In this document: positions 15,420-34,782 of the stretch, one piece after another
Position numbering within the stretch: position 1 is the first letter of the stretch
Layout: every line of letters begins with the position of its first letter
Assembly (NCBI RefSeq): GCF_009914755.1
Contig: NC_060929.1
Direction: 5' to 3' (one strand)
Source of the DNA: the human T2T-CHM13v2.0 reference genome, Homo sapiens
Length of the DNA stretch: 64,000 bases
Program-made: the position numbers and the translations under genes
Notes under the pieces: model-generated
Told to the model about the DNA's origin: nothing
The model's input: the letters and a program-made list of their open reading frames with translations, nothing else
Database searches by the model: none

Positions 15420-16780
15420 CAAAAATATAGCAACTATTATGTGCCTGGTATTGATTAGAAAACAATATAGAGAATATAAGTTCAATAAACAATGTATATG
15501 TCCTCAAAGACCTAACTTTTAATTGGAAGGAGTGACATAATAGGAGTAACAAAAAATTATAAGGAAATACAGTCAATGCAGAAATACGTTTTGCCTTGGT
15601 CCAGGGGAAACTTCATGGAGAATATAACATTCTTTTCTGCATTCTAGAAAACAATGAAGGTTTGTTGAGATACAGAAATTGAAAAAAGGGCCAAAAGGCA
15701 AAAGTAAAATCAAGAAAAAAAATACACAGGGATAGGAAAGTTAGAATTATATTGAGTAAGTGACAATGTTTCTATTTGGAGTTGTGGTAGGTGATAAAAT
15801 AATAAACTAAGAAAGAAGGACCTAAAATACTAAACCAAAACACATCACAACCAACCAAACAACTAAAAGAAACAACACTATTTGAAAAATTCGAATGAAT
15901 AAAATGAGCATGTTTAGGCCTATGTTTCAGAAAGATTAGCTTGTCAAAACAATATAGGTAATTATCCATTTAGTTCTAAATATGACTGTTACAGGTTTTA
16001 TAAAGATTTTCACATGCATCGATGTTTTCAGTTGAGGAAATCAAAGGAAGGAGACTTTAAATAATTGGCTCATATTTTAAGACTTAGCATATGAGGCAAA
16101 AGGATTCAAATCAGGGAATATAACCACAGCTTGAAGTCTTAACCACTAAGTTATATAGTCTTCAGGTGTGGGAGAGGGTGAGTTTTTAAGACACTGTGAA
16201 GGCAAACTGGAGGCTAGGTCAGTTAAGATGCCAATTTCAGAGTTCAATCAACGTAAATTGATATTTGAAATAGAACTGAACTCTTGAGCTCTGAAAGAAG
16301 ATATTTATCCAGTATGGAAATAGGAAGAGCAGAACTTGGTGACTGATAGTCAATGTGAAATGAAAGGAAGCTTAAAAAGATTTTGTATCAGATAGTAGTG
16401 AATGCTGCAAGGAATTTGAGAATAATGAGAAGGACATTGAATTTGTGATAAAGTTATTGCTACTCTGAGAGGTATTTTTCAGTGGACAAAGTGAAAAACA
16501 GATTGCAAGAAACTGAAAAGAAGGAAAGAAATAGTATAAGCAAAAATGTTTTATGTCTCAAGTTACCAGAGTGTAATGAAAGAAAGATGGAAAGAAAGAC
16601 GGAATAAAGTTAAACAATCAAAAAAAAAATTATTCTTAGGAGAATTGTACCTTCATGTTTGTTTCTGTGTTTTCCACTTAGTGGAAAACTTCATAATAAA
16701 GTTTTTATCCAGTGGAACAGATATATTCTATGAGGAGGACTGTACTCCTATACACTTAAAATTTATAATAGGATTAGTAG
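15420..16780 (-). mobile_element. L2 LINE remnants, with a MIR fragment at about 15990-16160
   Basis: caactattatgtgcctgg...tcctcaaagacctaac (L2 3' end, antisense) and purine-rich L2 body; MIR core cagttgaggaaatcaaagg...ggattcaaatcagg...cttaaccactaag. Confidence 0.5.
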
Positions 16781-17589
16781 CAAAATTGTATCACCAAGCA
16801 AGTCATAGTTTCAACCATTATGCTAATTTTACTGTTTTTCTTAAATGTTTTTAAAACAATTGATGAATGCTATTACTTGTCTGCAAGGAAGTGCTGGCAT
16901 TTTACTAGAAGAAAATGAGTTCCAAGAAAACCCAAAAGTAAACAGTCATGATGAATTGATATATTCTTTATTTTAAAGGCTTCTTTTCATTTTTAGTTGC
17001 CTACATAAAGAATTGAGGTTTTTAAAAAGTAATACAGTTTCGAGTTTGAAGGATGAAATTAAAATGATAATCAATACATTGTAGTTATTTGTAAATACAT
17101 TATGATTTTTAGAAGTTCTGTCACCTGAACAGATACAAGCATCATGGATTTGGAGAACAAATAGTGAAACCAAGAAAATAAAGATAAAAGAGTGCCCTTG
17201 GCAGGCAAAATTATATATTATGTCTGGAGGGATGGGAACAAAAATCCAAGTCAGAGATTTTAGTTTTCAAAATATGGTGCTGAATTCCCTTCAGTTGGTA
17301 TGAGTAAGAAGGAAGGAGAGAAAAAAGTACTGACTTTGGAGTTTTTCCTAATATCTAAATGACTCCACTCTTACTAATAAGCCATCATCTTTTATTCAGT
17401 ACCCCAAGCAAGAACGGCTTATCATTGCCTATTACCAGTACCATTCTTGCTATATCAGTATAGGATAAGTAGTTGTTGACTTGATATGAAAAATTAAAAG
17501 ATACTTGCTAAGTAATGTAAGTGTGAGCTCACTATATTTGGGATTTCTCATCTTCATATTGCCGTTTTATTGCTTGCTAAATAGAATCT

Positions 17590-17740
17590 GTAGCACTTAA
17601 CCTCTCTGTGTGAATCTGTTCCTTTATGTGTCAAATAGGTATAATAATACTTATCCTTCTCACAAGGGTGTTTTAAAGATTAATTAGCTAAGTGCTTGGA
17701 AGATAGAAAGGCTATATAAATGCTAAATATTCATATTCAT
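17590..17740 (+). mobile_element. MIR/CORE-SINE fragment (ancient MIR3/MIR1_Amn-like 3' tail)
   Basis: cacttaacctctctgtg...aaataggtataataatactta...agtgcttggaagatagaaaggctatataaatgctaaatatt. Confidence 0.6.
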
Positions 17741-20700
17741 TAAGACTCTGTCTTAAAATAATAAAATCAAAGTAATTCCAAAGTAATTCATAATTAAAAT
17801 AGAAAATATGGGCAAGTTCTCTGCTTTTTATGGCACAAGATGTCCTTGTGCTGATACTTTTATCTTTTCTTCTTCCTCTATTCTCATATTCTCATCCTCT
17901 CTTTCTCTCAAAGCCATTTTCCCTGTCTTATTTAAAGACATGAGTAAATAGCAGAGCTACAATTCTTACTCTAAACTTCATCTGTCTTTGTTCTGTAGGT
18001 TTAAATCAAATAATTAATGTTACTTTAGGGTATTTAACTTAGCTGAATGATGCTGTATTAAATACTTCAAGAACTCCACATTATAGAATGGTATTATATT
18101 AAATATAATTGAAAGTGATTAAGGTATCTGTCACTGATGGCAAATCATAATAGTAATATGTGAAACCATGTCAAGGATAAGTGAGAACAAATTAGAGAAG
18201 AAATATTTTTTAATGTACTGGGGCAAAAAATAATGAAAATGGCTCAAAGTCAAAATCTTGTAATAACTAATGAGAACTAAAAAAGATCAACAGATCTATT
18301 TGATTTAGACTGTATTTTACAGAATGTTCCTAAAATACAATATGACAATCTTAAATAATTACTAAGATTCTTTATATCATGGCATTTTAGCAGTCTGCAA
18401 CAAAAATAATGGGATTTAAATTGCGTTTTCAAAATAGAGATTGGTATCATATTTTGCCTAGATTGACTTAGATTTGTTGAAGCTTTGTAAGTGCAAAGCA
18501 AAATTTTGAAGAAGAGAAACAGAACAGTATAATTGGTAAAGAGATTTACACTGCAAATTGCAATTTAAAATTAACTTACATATTGAGAATATTATTTATT
18601 TCTCCACTGACCTTTTCTGGGATATTTTGATTTCTGTTGGGCAGTTATTATGCTTGTTTTGTTTTAATATGCCATAAAAATAAAAGAACATTCAAATGGA
18701 GACAACCAAAAATGCATATTGCGTGTCTACATAAGGCATACACCACTTTTTTTTTTTAATAAGGAACAAAATAGAGAACATGTGCATGTAGTCTCTAAAG
18801 TCTGGGGAACCAGATGGCATGTATGTTCAGGATCAGGCTTTTCTTTCACCTGCTTTTATTTGGGTATGTATATATCTTTTTAGTCAAAATAAGTTAAAGA
18901 AAATCTATAATTCCAGAGGACTATTCGGTCTGAATAAAATCTAAGGTTAATTCTGCTGCTGACACAAAGAACATTAAATGCTTTGGTTAGGCATTAAGTT
19001 GCTTGACTTAAATAATTTATCAAGTACTTATATCTTGGGCATTTTCCAAAATTTTGTTTTGTACCCTTTATCTTTTATCAGAAATCTCACTTACTCGGTT
19101 GATATGATTCTCAAATCTGTATTTCCACACAAAGTCAAAGTGCTTTCTTTAGGTCCTGACCTGTTTCCATCTGTGTTTTGAGTATTTCCACCAAAATATA
19201 CAATTGACACTTATAACAATTTTATATTTTGATGTTTGATGTTTGTCAATAAGCAAAAGAAACTGAATCTGACAAAAGTATAAGAAGAATAAAAAGGATT
19301 GGAACAAAATCAGTAGAAACAGACTTTGGAAAGTGCAGAAATCAAAGCAATTTTAGGTAGTTGGTAGCAGGACTTCATGGATAATGTCGTAAGCATTTCT
19401 GCATTACAGTGGGTCAGTGTCACCTGTTTTTTTCTTCTAGCCTCACCAACATGAGAGGCAAATTCCCAAACAAGAGTGAGTCATTAGTTGTTTTGGAAGG
19501 CAGAGCAAGTCAATGCTAAGTGTCACTAAAACTGTCCAAAACAGGAAAGGTGTAATATCCCAAATTTGTTACCCAAAGGTGGAGGAAGAATACTGGCAAG
19601 TATAAAGTTTAAAACGACAGATTTTCTTACGCAGATAGTATCACCATTTCAAAATCAAATCAAGCTCTCATGTCTCTGGAAGCGGACCTGTGACTCTGTC
19701 CCTTAGCTCAGATATTAGCCTCAACATTTACCAATAACGTTAAATATTAACTTCATTGTCAAGCTCACCTCATCATAGCCATTAATAATCAATCATTTCT
19801 GACATTTATTACAAAATTCTACATACTGTTCAGTTTAATTTGTATACCTTTTATTTGAAATAATTTTAGGCTCCCATAGTAGTTGCAATAATTGTAGAGT
19901 TCTGTGTACCTTTCACCTAGTTATATTAGCAGCCAATTCATTTAATGTCAGACTGCACATCTTGACCCAAGTTTGGACCGTAGCTAGAATGTTCATTTAG
20001 TTTTCAGTCTTTACAGTACTTTTCTGGTCAGCTCTGAATGTACCGTTCAAAGGCCAATCTGAAACGTGGGTGGCATTCTACAATGTTCAGTTCCCAAAAA
20101 AAATTTGCTGTTTATTCTAAATGATTTCACACAGAGGTCACAGAAGAGTCTGCCCAGGACTTTATATAAGGGTTTCAAAAATCTTTTTCTCCAGCTCCCT
20201 CTTTATAATTTTCTCATCACTCTAGTCCTGCCCAGGGGGTTTCCACCTCTTTGCTGTCTTTTGCGTAGTGCAGAGGAGCCATGGTCTGCAGAGCTCCACC
20301 CCATCATCTCTGTAGTCACAGCCCTGGTGGTTAGTAAAGGGCAGGGATACTTGACTTCAGGGTATCTTCCCTGGCTGTATCTCTCAGAGAATGGAGCAGT
20401 GCTTCTTGTTCTTTGATTTTCTCAGTAGAAGGTGGTGATTGCACACAGCACACTTTTCCACAATTTTCTCAGCACTTACAAGAATGGATAGGTGCATACA
20501 TGCTTTTGTGCAATTTGCGTAGATAGAAGAGGTAGAGTCAAATAATTCCAGCCTTAGAAAGTATCCTTTTACTGGTATTTGAATAGAGTGATTAAGATTT
20601 TCTTAAAATTTCAATTTTATTTTTAGAAAATCTACACCTGTTTGCAGTTCAGAGTTGTTGTAACACCCAGGCTAGGGCATATAGGAGAAAAAAGCAACAA

Positions 20701-21343
20701 AAGAAAACCACCTCCAGGCAACCAGCTAGGTTGTCTCCAAGGATTGTAGCAAGTTCTCCTGTCCACCTTTCAGAATCATTTCATAATAACATTTTTTAAA
20801 AATTATTTTTTAAAATACATCATAGTGGGAAGAAAAAGGTGTTATGTACTACTGCATTATGTCTGGAATGAGAAGGTCTATAATATAGCTTAAATTATAT
20901 AATAAAAGTGTCAGTACAACAGAGTCGTAATTTGGAAAGAGCTTAAGATGGAAAATAAAGCTAATTTTGAAATGAAATAGATGAAAAAGTTTAAATTAGA
21001 AGAATTAAACAAAGGAGTACCACTGTATTTTCTGGACTCAAAGCAAACACAAAAAATTCTCATTACCTAATAAAAGTCAATAGATTATTTAAGATCAATG
21101 TACTTTCTAAATTTCAGAGCTCTGAAATATATTTATTATTGGCATTTCTTAGGGTTAACGGAAACAAAACCCAGTTTTGTTTCTAATTTTAATTTGTAGC
21201 AGAAAATCAGCTCTAAAACCTCATGGAACATCTACTCTTCATAGATCAGAAAGTGAAATTTATAAAAAGATGTACATGTGGTTTTCAAAAATATATAGGT
21301 CAGATGTCTCTTATCCAATTAAAAAACAAAATCTAAATGTTGT

Positions 21344-21656
21344 GGCTGAGTGCAGTGGCTCACTCCTGTAACCACAGCACTTTGGGAGGCCTAGGCGGGA
21401 GAATTTGTTGAGCCCATTAGTTCGAGGCCAGCCTGGGCAACCTACAGAGACCCGTTCTTTACAAAAGTAACATAAAAATATCTGTCAGTTGTGATGGGGC
21501 CTGCCTGTGGTCTCTGCTACTCAGGAGGCTGAGGTGGGAGGACTGCTTGAGCCTGGGAGGTCAAGGCTGCAGTGAGCCATGATTGTGCCACTGCACTCTA
21601 GCCTGGATGAGACAGCAAGACCTTGTCTCTAAAGAAAATTTCAAAAAAAGAAAAAA
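21344..21656 (+). mobile_element. Alu SINE (AluJ)
   Basis: AluJ diagnostics gaggactgcttgagcctgggaggtcaaggctgcagtgagccatgat; A-rich tail. Confidence 0.93.
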
Positions 21657-21899
21657 CGTAAAGCTGTCTTGTAAATGACTTTTGTATTTGGTTTTAGTTC
21701 TTGATAAAATATATGAATAAAATGATAATTTACTGTTTGAGGAGAAAGCCAGCATTATAAATAAAATGCATATAACTCCAATAGAGCTGCATCTTACCCT
21801 ATGGCTAATTTATAAAATAAACATATGAGGCAAAAATTATTTTGAAAAATAACTTGAAAGTCTCTGGGAAACTCCAGAAGTAATATCCTTGAGTGTACA

Positions 21900-22680
21900 C
21901 AATGGGAGTAGATTATTTTTCAAATGGAAAGAGAGGATGGTTGTCCTAAATAAGCAGGCAGATGTTTCTGCTAAGGTAAAAGAAGAGAGAATATAAAGTG
22001 TAGAATGGTAGATTTTATGATAGAAATATTTATATATTGTTTTATTTGATTTTTTTCATAGTTTCAGTGAGGTAGGAAGTCAAGTACTCAACTGAGAGTG
22101 AAAAGGAAGAAGAAAGTATTGGAAAGTTTAGGAGAAGAAGAGATAAAATAATAGCTTATGAGACAGGGAACTTGAACTGACACAGAAAAAGTAGTAGAAT
22201 TGCAGAGTAGCCCTAAAGATCCAGTAATTTAAGTGTTCATGAATTTAAAATGAAAACAACCATTGCATTTGTATGTGTGTTTGTGTTTATGTACGTCTGT
22301 GTGTGTGTCTGTGTATTAGTGTGTGTGTGTGTATGTTTCCAAACTCTTTGTGATTCTCAGATATATATTTGGAAAAAGAAATGGATTTAACAAGTGTTGA
22401 TGATTTCCTGGGCTAATAACATAAAGGAAGAGCAAGAGAATTGAAAATTTTTTCAATTTATTAATTAGAATGATGGAACATGGAATTCAAGACAGAAGAG
22501 GGGAAGGACGAGTAAAAAGGGAGTATTCAGGAGAATGTGTCATTGAGTTGATACATGAGAGGTTTAGTATGGTCAGATCAATGCATGGCCAAGGAAACTA
22601 GACAGAATAAGCAGGAAAAAATGAAAATGTTCATCATAGACATGAATGTAAGGTTATGATGGAGGGTTCTCTATAACAAC
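21900..22680 (-). mobile_element. L2 body remnants with a degenerate (TG)n tract at 22271-22336
   Basis: ttcagtgaggtaggaagtcaagtactcaactgagagtgaaaaggaag is L2-like purine-rich sequence. Confidence 0.4.
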
Positions 22681-22689
22681 AATATCTAA

Positions 22690-22812
22690 AGCTGCACTTT
22701 CCAATAAAACTTTTTGGGTTGAAGGATATGTTTTATATCTGCACTACACAAGTCAATTAGCCATTGAGCATAGGAATGCAGCACTGGGACTAAGAAACAA
22801 TATTTTCACAAT
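22690..22812. mobile_element. MER3-like hAT-Charlie fragment
   Basis: ctttccaataaaactttttgggttgaaggatatgttttatatctgcact...attgagcataggaatgcagc...gactaagaaac. Confidence 0.6.
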
Positions 22813-22814
22813 TC

Positions 22815-24091
22815 CTTTTATAAAACAGATTTATTGAGGTATAGTTGACATGCAATAAACTGCAGATGTTTAGAGTATACAATTTAATATATTTTGATAT
22901 CGGTATGCAGCCCTAAAGCCATTATCACCATGATTAAGATAACTAACATAACACATCACCTCCAAGTTTCTTCTGCCATTTGGAGTCCCACCTTTCAACT
23001 TCCTCCTTCATCTGCCCATTCCCAGACAACCACTGATCTGCTTTCTGTCATTCTAGAATAGTTGCATATTCTGAACTTTTTACAAATGGGATTCTGCAGT
23101 ATGTTTTCTTTTTTGTTATTATTGTTCTGGCTTCTTTCAATGAGCATTAAAATTTTGAGATTCATTCACATCACGTCTATCAAAAGGTTATTCCTTTTAG
23201 TTGGTAAGTAGCATTACATTATATGGATATAACACTTTAAAAATCATCAATGAACACCCAGTTTGTTTTCAGGATGTGGCTATTACAAATACTACCAAGT
23301 AAACTTTTTTTTATATAATCTTTGTGTGGATATATGCTTTCATATATTTTGGGGAAGTAGCTATTAGTAGAATAACTGGATCAAAATGGTAGGTGTACAT
23401 TTACTTTTAAGAAAGCTGCCAAATTTCTCCAAAGTTGCATTGCCCTTTTGTAGTCTCTCAAGGATATGAGAGTTCCATTTGTTCCATTGCCAACATTTGA
23501 TGTAGCAAGTCTCTTTATTTTTAGACCTGCACATATGTTCGTAGTGGCATTTGATTTTTCTTAAATTGCATTTCTTTATAACTAATGATATTGTCATTTT
23601 ATGTCCTTATTTACAATAAATGTCTTCTAATGAAAGTCTATAAATATATTTTCCTATGTTCTTTTCTAGAAGTTTAACATTATTTTTCTATTTTATTTAC
23701 AACTATGTTTTTGAGCTAATTTTATACATTTTGTGAGGAATTTATCAATTTATTTTGCACATGCACAACATTTTTCTGCATCCTTTCTTGAAATGATTGT
23801 CCTTTTCCTACAGAATTACTCTAACATTTGCCAAAAACAATAGACCACATATTCATGGCTTATTTTTTTTATCTCTTTGCCTAACTTTATGCCAATGATA
23901 CGTTGTTGTGTAAATGTACATTAACAAAATTTTGAAATAAAGGACTTATATTTAAAAGTTATTTTCATTATACTAGGCAATTTCCATTTCAATATACATT
24001 TTAAAATATACCTGTCAGTTTCTACTAAAAAGACTGCTTGGATTTCTATCAAGATTGCTTTGAATTTATACATCATTTTGCAAAACATTGA
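22815..24091 (-). mobile_element. L1MC1/2-like 3' portion
   Basis: tttattgaggtatagttgacatgcaataaactgca; cccagacaaccactgatctgctttctgtca; ends gattgctttgaatttatacatcattttgcaaaacattgac. Confidence 0.8.
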
Positions 24092-25276
24092 CTGACAAGC
24101 ACAAGGGGCCAAGGAACTGCCTCCCCTAGCCAAGTGCAGCCATGAGGGACCGTGCCGTGAGGCACAGGGCATTCCAGCCCAGATGCTATGTTTTTCCCAT
24201 TGTCTTTGCAACTGGCAGACCAGGAGATTCCCTTAGGTGCCTACACCACCAGGGCCCTGGGTTTCAAACACAAAACTGGGCAGCCATTTTGGCAGACACT
24301 GAGGTAGTGTCTCATACCCAGTAGTGTGATATCTAAAGCACATAGCCCAGAGGTGCCTGAAATGCCAGCGAGACAGAAACATTCACTCCCCTGGAAAGGG
24401 GGCTGAAGCAAGGGAGCCGAGTGGTCTAGTGCAGTGGATCCCATCACCACAGAGCTCAGCAAGCTAAAATCCACTACCTTGAAATTCTCACTGCCAGCAC
24501 AGTCTGAAGTCGACCTGGGACGCTCGAGCTTGTTGGGAGGTGGGGGGGGCGGGGGGAGGGGGCGGCGTCCACCATTACTGAGGCTTGAGTAGGTGGTTTT
24601 CCCCTCACAGCATAAACAAAGCTGCCAGGAAGTTCAAACTGGACAGAGCCCACCGCAGTGCAGCAAAGCCACAGTAGCCAGACTGCCTCTCTGGATTTCT
24701 CCTCTCTGGGCAGGGTATCTCTGAAAGAAAGGCAGCAGCCCCAGTCAGGGGCTTATAGATAAAACTCCCAACTCCCTGGGACAGAGCACCTGGGTGAAGG
24801 TCGGCTGTGGGTGCAACTTCAGCAGACTTAAACGTTCCTGCCTGCAGGCTCAGAAGAGAGCAGTGGATCTCCCAGCACAGCGTTCGAGCTCTGCTAAGGG
24901 ACAGACTGCCTCCTCAAGTGGATTCCTGACTCCCGTGCCTCCTGACTGGAAGACACCTCCCAGCAGGGGTTGACAGACACCTCATATAGGAGAGCTCCGG
25001 CTGGCATCTGGCAGGTGCCCCCTCTGGGTTGAAGCTTCCAGAGGAAGGAACAAGATACAATCTTTGCTGTTCTGCAGTCTCCGCTGGTAATACGCAGGCA
25101 AAAGGGTCTGAAGTAGACCCCCAGCAAACTCCAGCAGACCTGCGTCAGAGGGGCCTGACCGTTAGAAGGAAAACTGACAAACAGAAAGGAATGGCATCAA
25201 CATCAACAAAAATGACTTCCACACAAAAACCCCATCCGAAGGTCACCAACATCAAAGACAGAAAGTAGATAAAGCC

Positions 25277-26295
25277 ATGAGATTAAAAGGCTGGAAATTC
25301 CAAAAGCCAGAAACCCTCTTTTCCTCCAAAGGATCATAACTTTTCACCAGTAAGGGAACAAAACTAGATGGAGAATGAGTTTGACGAACTGACAGAAGTA
25401 GGCTTCAGTGGTGTGTAATAAAAACTCCTCTGAGCTAAAGGATCATGTTCTAACCTAAAGCAAGGAAGCTAAGAACCTTGAAAAAAGGTTAGAAAAATTG
25501 CTAACTAGAATAACCAGTTTAGAGAAGAACATAAATGACCCGATGGAGCCAAAAAACATACCACTAGAAGATCGTGAAGCTTGAACAAGTATCAATATAC
25601 AAATTGATCAATAGGAAGAAAGGATATCAGAGACTGAAGATCAAATTAATGAAATACAGTGAGAAGAGAAGATTAGAAGAAAAAAAAAGAATGAAAAGAA
25701 ACAAACAAAGCCTCAAAGAAATATGGGACTATGTGAAAAGACCAAACCTACATTTGATTGGTGTACCTGAAAGTGATGTGGAGAATGGAACCCAGTTGGA
25801 AAACACACTCTTCAGGATATTATTCAGGAGAACTTCCCCAACCTAGCAAGACAGGCCAACATTCAAATTCAAGAAATACAGACACCACCACAAAGATACT
25901 CCCCGAGAAGAGCAACCCCAAGACACATAATCTTCAGATTCACCAAGGTTGAAATGAAGGAAAAAAATGTACAGGGCAGCCAGAGAGAAAGGTCAGGTTA
26001 CCCACAAAGGGAAGTCCATCAGACTAACACCAGATCTCTCTGTGGGAATCCTACAAGCCAGGAGAGAGTGGGGACCAATATTCAACATTCTTAAAGAAAA
26101 GAATTTTCAACCCAGAATTTCATATGCAGCCAAACAAGACTTCATAAGAGAAGGAAAAATAAAACCTGTAGAGACAAGCAAATGCTGAGAGATTTTGTCA
26201 CCACCAGGCCTGCCTTACAAGAGCTCCTGGAGGAAGCACTAAATATTGAAAAGAAAAGCCGGTAGCAGCCACTGCAAAAACATACCAAATTGTAA
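25277..26295 (+). pseudogene. L1 ORF1p remnant (stops, frameshifts, start region deleted)
   Basis: Fragments QSLKEIWDYVKRPNL and RAAREKGQVTHKGKSIRLTPDLS...KEKNFQPRISY. Confidence 0.88.
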
Positions 26296-26357
26296 AGACG
26301 ATTGACACTATGAAGAAACTGCATCAACTAATGGGAAAAATAACCAGCTAGCATCAT

Positions 26358-30164
<3,807 letters not shown>

Positions 30165-30390
30165 ACAGTAAGAACACATGGACACAGGGAGGGGAACATC
30201 ACACACTGGGATCTGTTGGGAGTGGGGGCTAGAGGAAGGAGATAGCATTAGGAGAAATACCTAATGTGAATGACGGGTTGATGGGTGCAGCAAACCACCA
30301 TGACATGTGTATACCTATGTAACAAACCTTCACGTTCAGCACATGTATCCCAGAACTTAAAGTATAATAAATAAAACAAAGAAAAAAAAA

Positions 30391-31080
30391 TTAAAAAGGG
30401 AGCCAGGAACATAGACAGTTCTCAAAAGAAGATATGCAAGTGGCCAACAAACATATGCAAACATGCAAATTGGGATTCAAATTAAAACGACGATGAGATA
30501 CTATCTCACACAAGTCAGAATAATTATCAAAAAGTCAAAAATAACAGATGTTGGCGAGGTTGCAGGTAAAAGGGAATGCTTATATATTGTTGGTAGGATT
30601 TTACATTAGTCAGCTACTTTGGAAAGTAGTTTGGGGATTTCTCAACAACCTAAAAATAAAATTACCACTTGACCCCACAATCCTATTACTGGGTATATAC
30701 CCAAAGGGAAATAAATTATTCTACCAAGAAGATGCCTGTAATCACATGTAATTCAAAGTATAGAGGAGGATGTATGTAGGCTATATGCAAATACTACATT
30801 TTATGTAAGGAACTTGAGCACCTGAGTATTTTGATCTTCATGGGTTGCAGGGGAGCATCCTGGAATAAGCCCTGCAGATATTTAAGGACTACTTTAATAT
30901 TGAATGGCATACTGAAAACTTGTGAAAACAGTAGATTTTAGGGGCTCTTAACAGACACACAAGAAAGCAACTGTGTGAAATGATGAATATCTTAATTGGC
31001 TCTAGTGTAATTATTTTGCTATATATATGACATCAAAACATCATGTTGTACACCTTAGATGTATATAATTATAAAAAAAT
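30391..31080 (+). mobile_element. Older L1MA-type fragments (ORF2 end 30391-30750; 3' end 30896-31080) split by a partial MER2
   Basis: tctcaaaagaagatatgcaagtggccaacaaacatatg; 3' end catcaaaacatcatgttgtacaccttagatgtatataatt. Confidence 0.75.
30752..30893. mobile_element. MER2 partial copy
   Basis: aaagtatagaggaggatgtatgtaggctatatgcaaatactacattttatgtaaggaacttgagca; same motifs as the copy at 9690-10002, one TIR only. Confidence 0.75.
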
Positions 31081-31084
31081 TATA

Positions 31085-31222
31085 TGGCTCCCTTTATGAG
31101 GACATCTGTGATTATATTTTGAACCCGCATGAATAATCTAGGCAATAATTATTTTTTGTTTCCTTTATCAGGTAACACTCACCAATTCTGCATATTAGGA
31201 TATGAATAACTTTTGGGATGGT
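31085..31222 (-). mobile_element. MLT1 LTR fragment
   Basis: aggacatctgtgattatat...aataatctaggca...ggtaacactcac...attaggatatgaataacttttggg. Confidence 0.45.
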
Positions 31223-32121
31223 AGCTATTTTCACATACCATATTTGAAAAATTAGAGTTTATTTTAATCGAACACAACACTAATTCATAATCTATGTAGT
31301 AGTGCCTCTGAACCTCCCAAGTAATCATCCACATCACACATGAGGCTGAGCTTCTTATAAACTGAAGGAGTGTTGACAGTTTGGCATTTTTTCTTCTTGC
31401 TGTATCTTATGTAGTGCACATCTTTTATATAAAGTGTTGAGCTTAGTTCTCCCTTGTGGCTTAAAGAATTGTTTTAGATCATAAGCTGCTAACAGGAAGA
31501 AACACAGAATCTAGTGCTTTTCTGGGAGTGAATACTTCAATATGAGGTACAGTGTGACATGCCATAAATATATTTTTTATTATGATTTCATGAATAATGA
31601 ACCACTCATGCCTCTTTGCAAATAAATAGGTATAATATACAACAAGCCTGTCAGATCAGGAACTGCTCATCCGTGCTGTTGTAAATTGCTTTGGAGGGTA
31701 AACTGTTTTTAGATTCCAACACAGTAAGAAAATGACAGAGAAGATCTCAATTGAGTATGAAAAATAAGAAGTATGAGATTTAAAATTATAAACAACAATT
31801 AATTTTGAAATTTCTCTCCATTGGTTTCATAAGAAGCCATATGAATAATTGCTATAATAATGTAATGATGAATTTTTAGGAATTCATGGTTGAAAGCAAG
31901 GTTAGACCATATCTAAAATTATATTTTAATAGAAATAGTGTACTTATTTTGAAATATGATGAGAGAGAAAAAGAGAGAGTGGGGAGGAGAAAGGAAGGAA
32001 GGAAAGGGGAAGGAAGAAAAAGAAATAGGGAAAAGATAAGAGTTTTACTTATTTCAGATATATTTACTTCTAGTAAGTCAATTGTCTGCTTAGCATCAGT
32101 GACTGGTAATATTTACAGACA

Positions 32122-34402
<2,281 letters not shown>

Positions 34403-34430
34403 ATTAGCACCCCATTTATTAGCATGCTAG

Positions 34431-34495
34431 TAAATTTTGGCTACTAAAATTTGCCTACTAAATTTTGGCTACATGGACTGCTAAATTTTGGCTAC
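34431..34495. repeat. Four near-tandem copies of the 14-mer taaattttggctac
   Basis: Copies at 34431-34444, 34445-34458 (taaaatttgcctac), 34459-34472 and 34482-34495. Confidence 0.9.
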
Positions 34496-34782
34496 ACTTA
34501 GGTGGCAATATATGCATAAAATACAATTCCCAGGGAAATAGTATGTCTATCAATGCTGAGCTGAGAGAAGAGGATGTATTATGCTGTTCATTGTAGCTGC
34601 TTGTATTGGCTTTTCTAGTTTGCTAAGCTGGAAAGGAAAAGGATGCAGTAGGCTGTTTTAATTGATACAATGCTTGTTTTTCCTTTTGAGTTTTTGTAGA
34701 TTTTCTTGAGTACATATTTATTTATTTGCTGCATACATTTAGGAAAAGTACTGAAGATTTTAATTTGTTAAAAAATAAATTT

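Noticed and set aside
19150-19620. Possible very old MLT1-type LTR
   Set aside because: Similarity is too weak to support by eye.
31960-32040. GA-rich tract giving a K/R/E-rich ORF (31886-32161)
   Set aside because: Low-complexity purine repeat running into L1 sequence.
34431-34495. Short repeat array as a CRISPR-like locus
   Set aside because: The 14-bp units mostly abut with no unique spacers, there are no cas genes, and the context is a primate genome.
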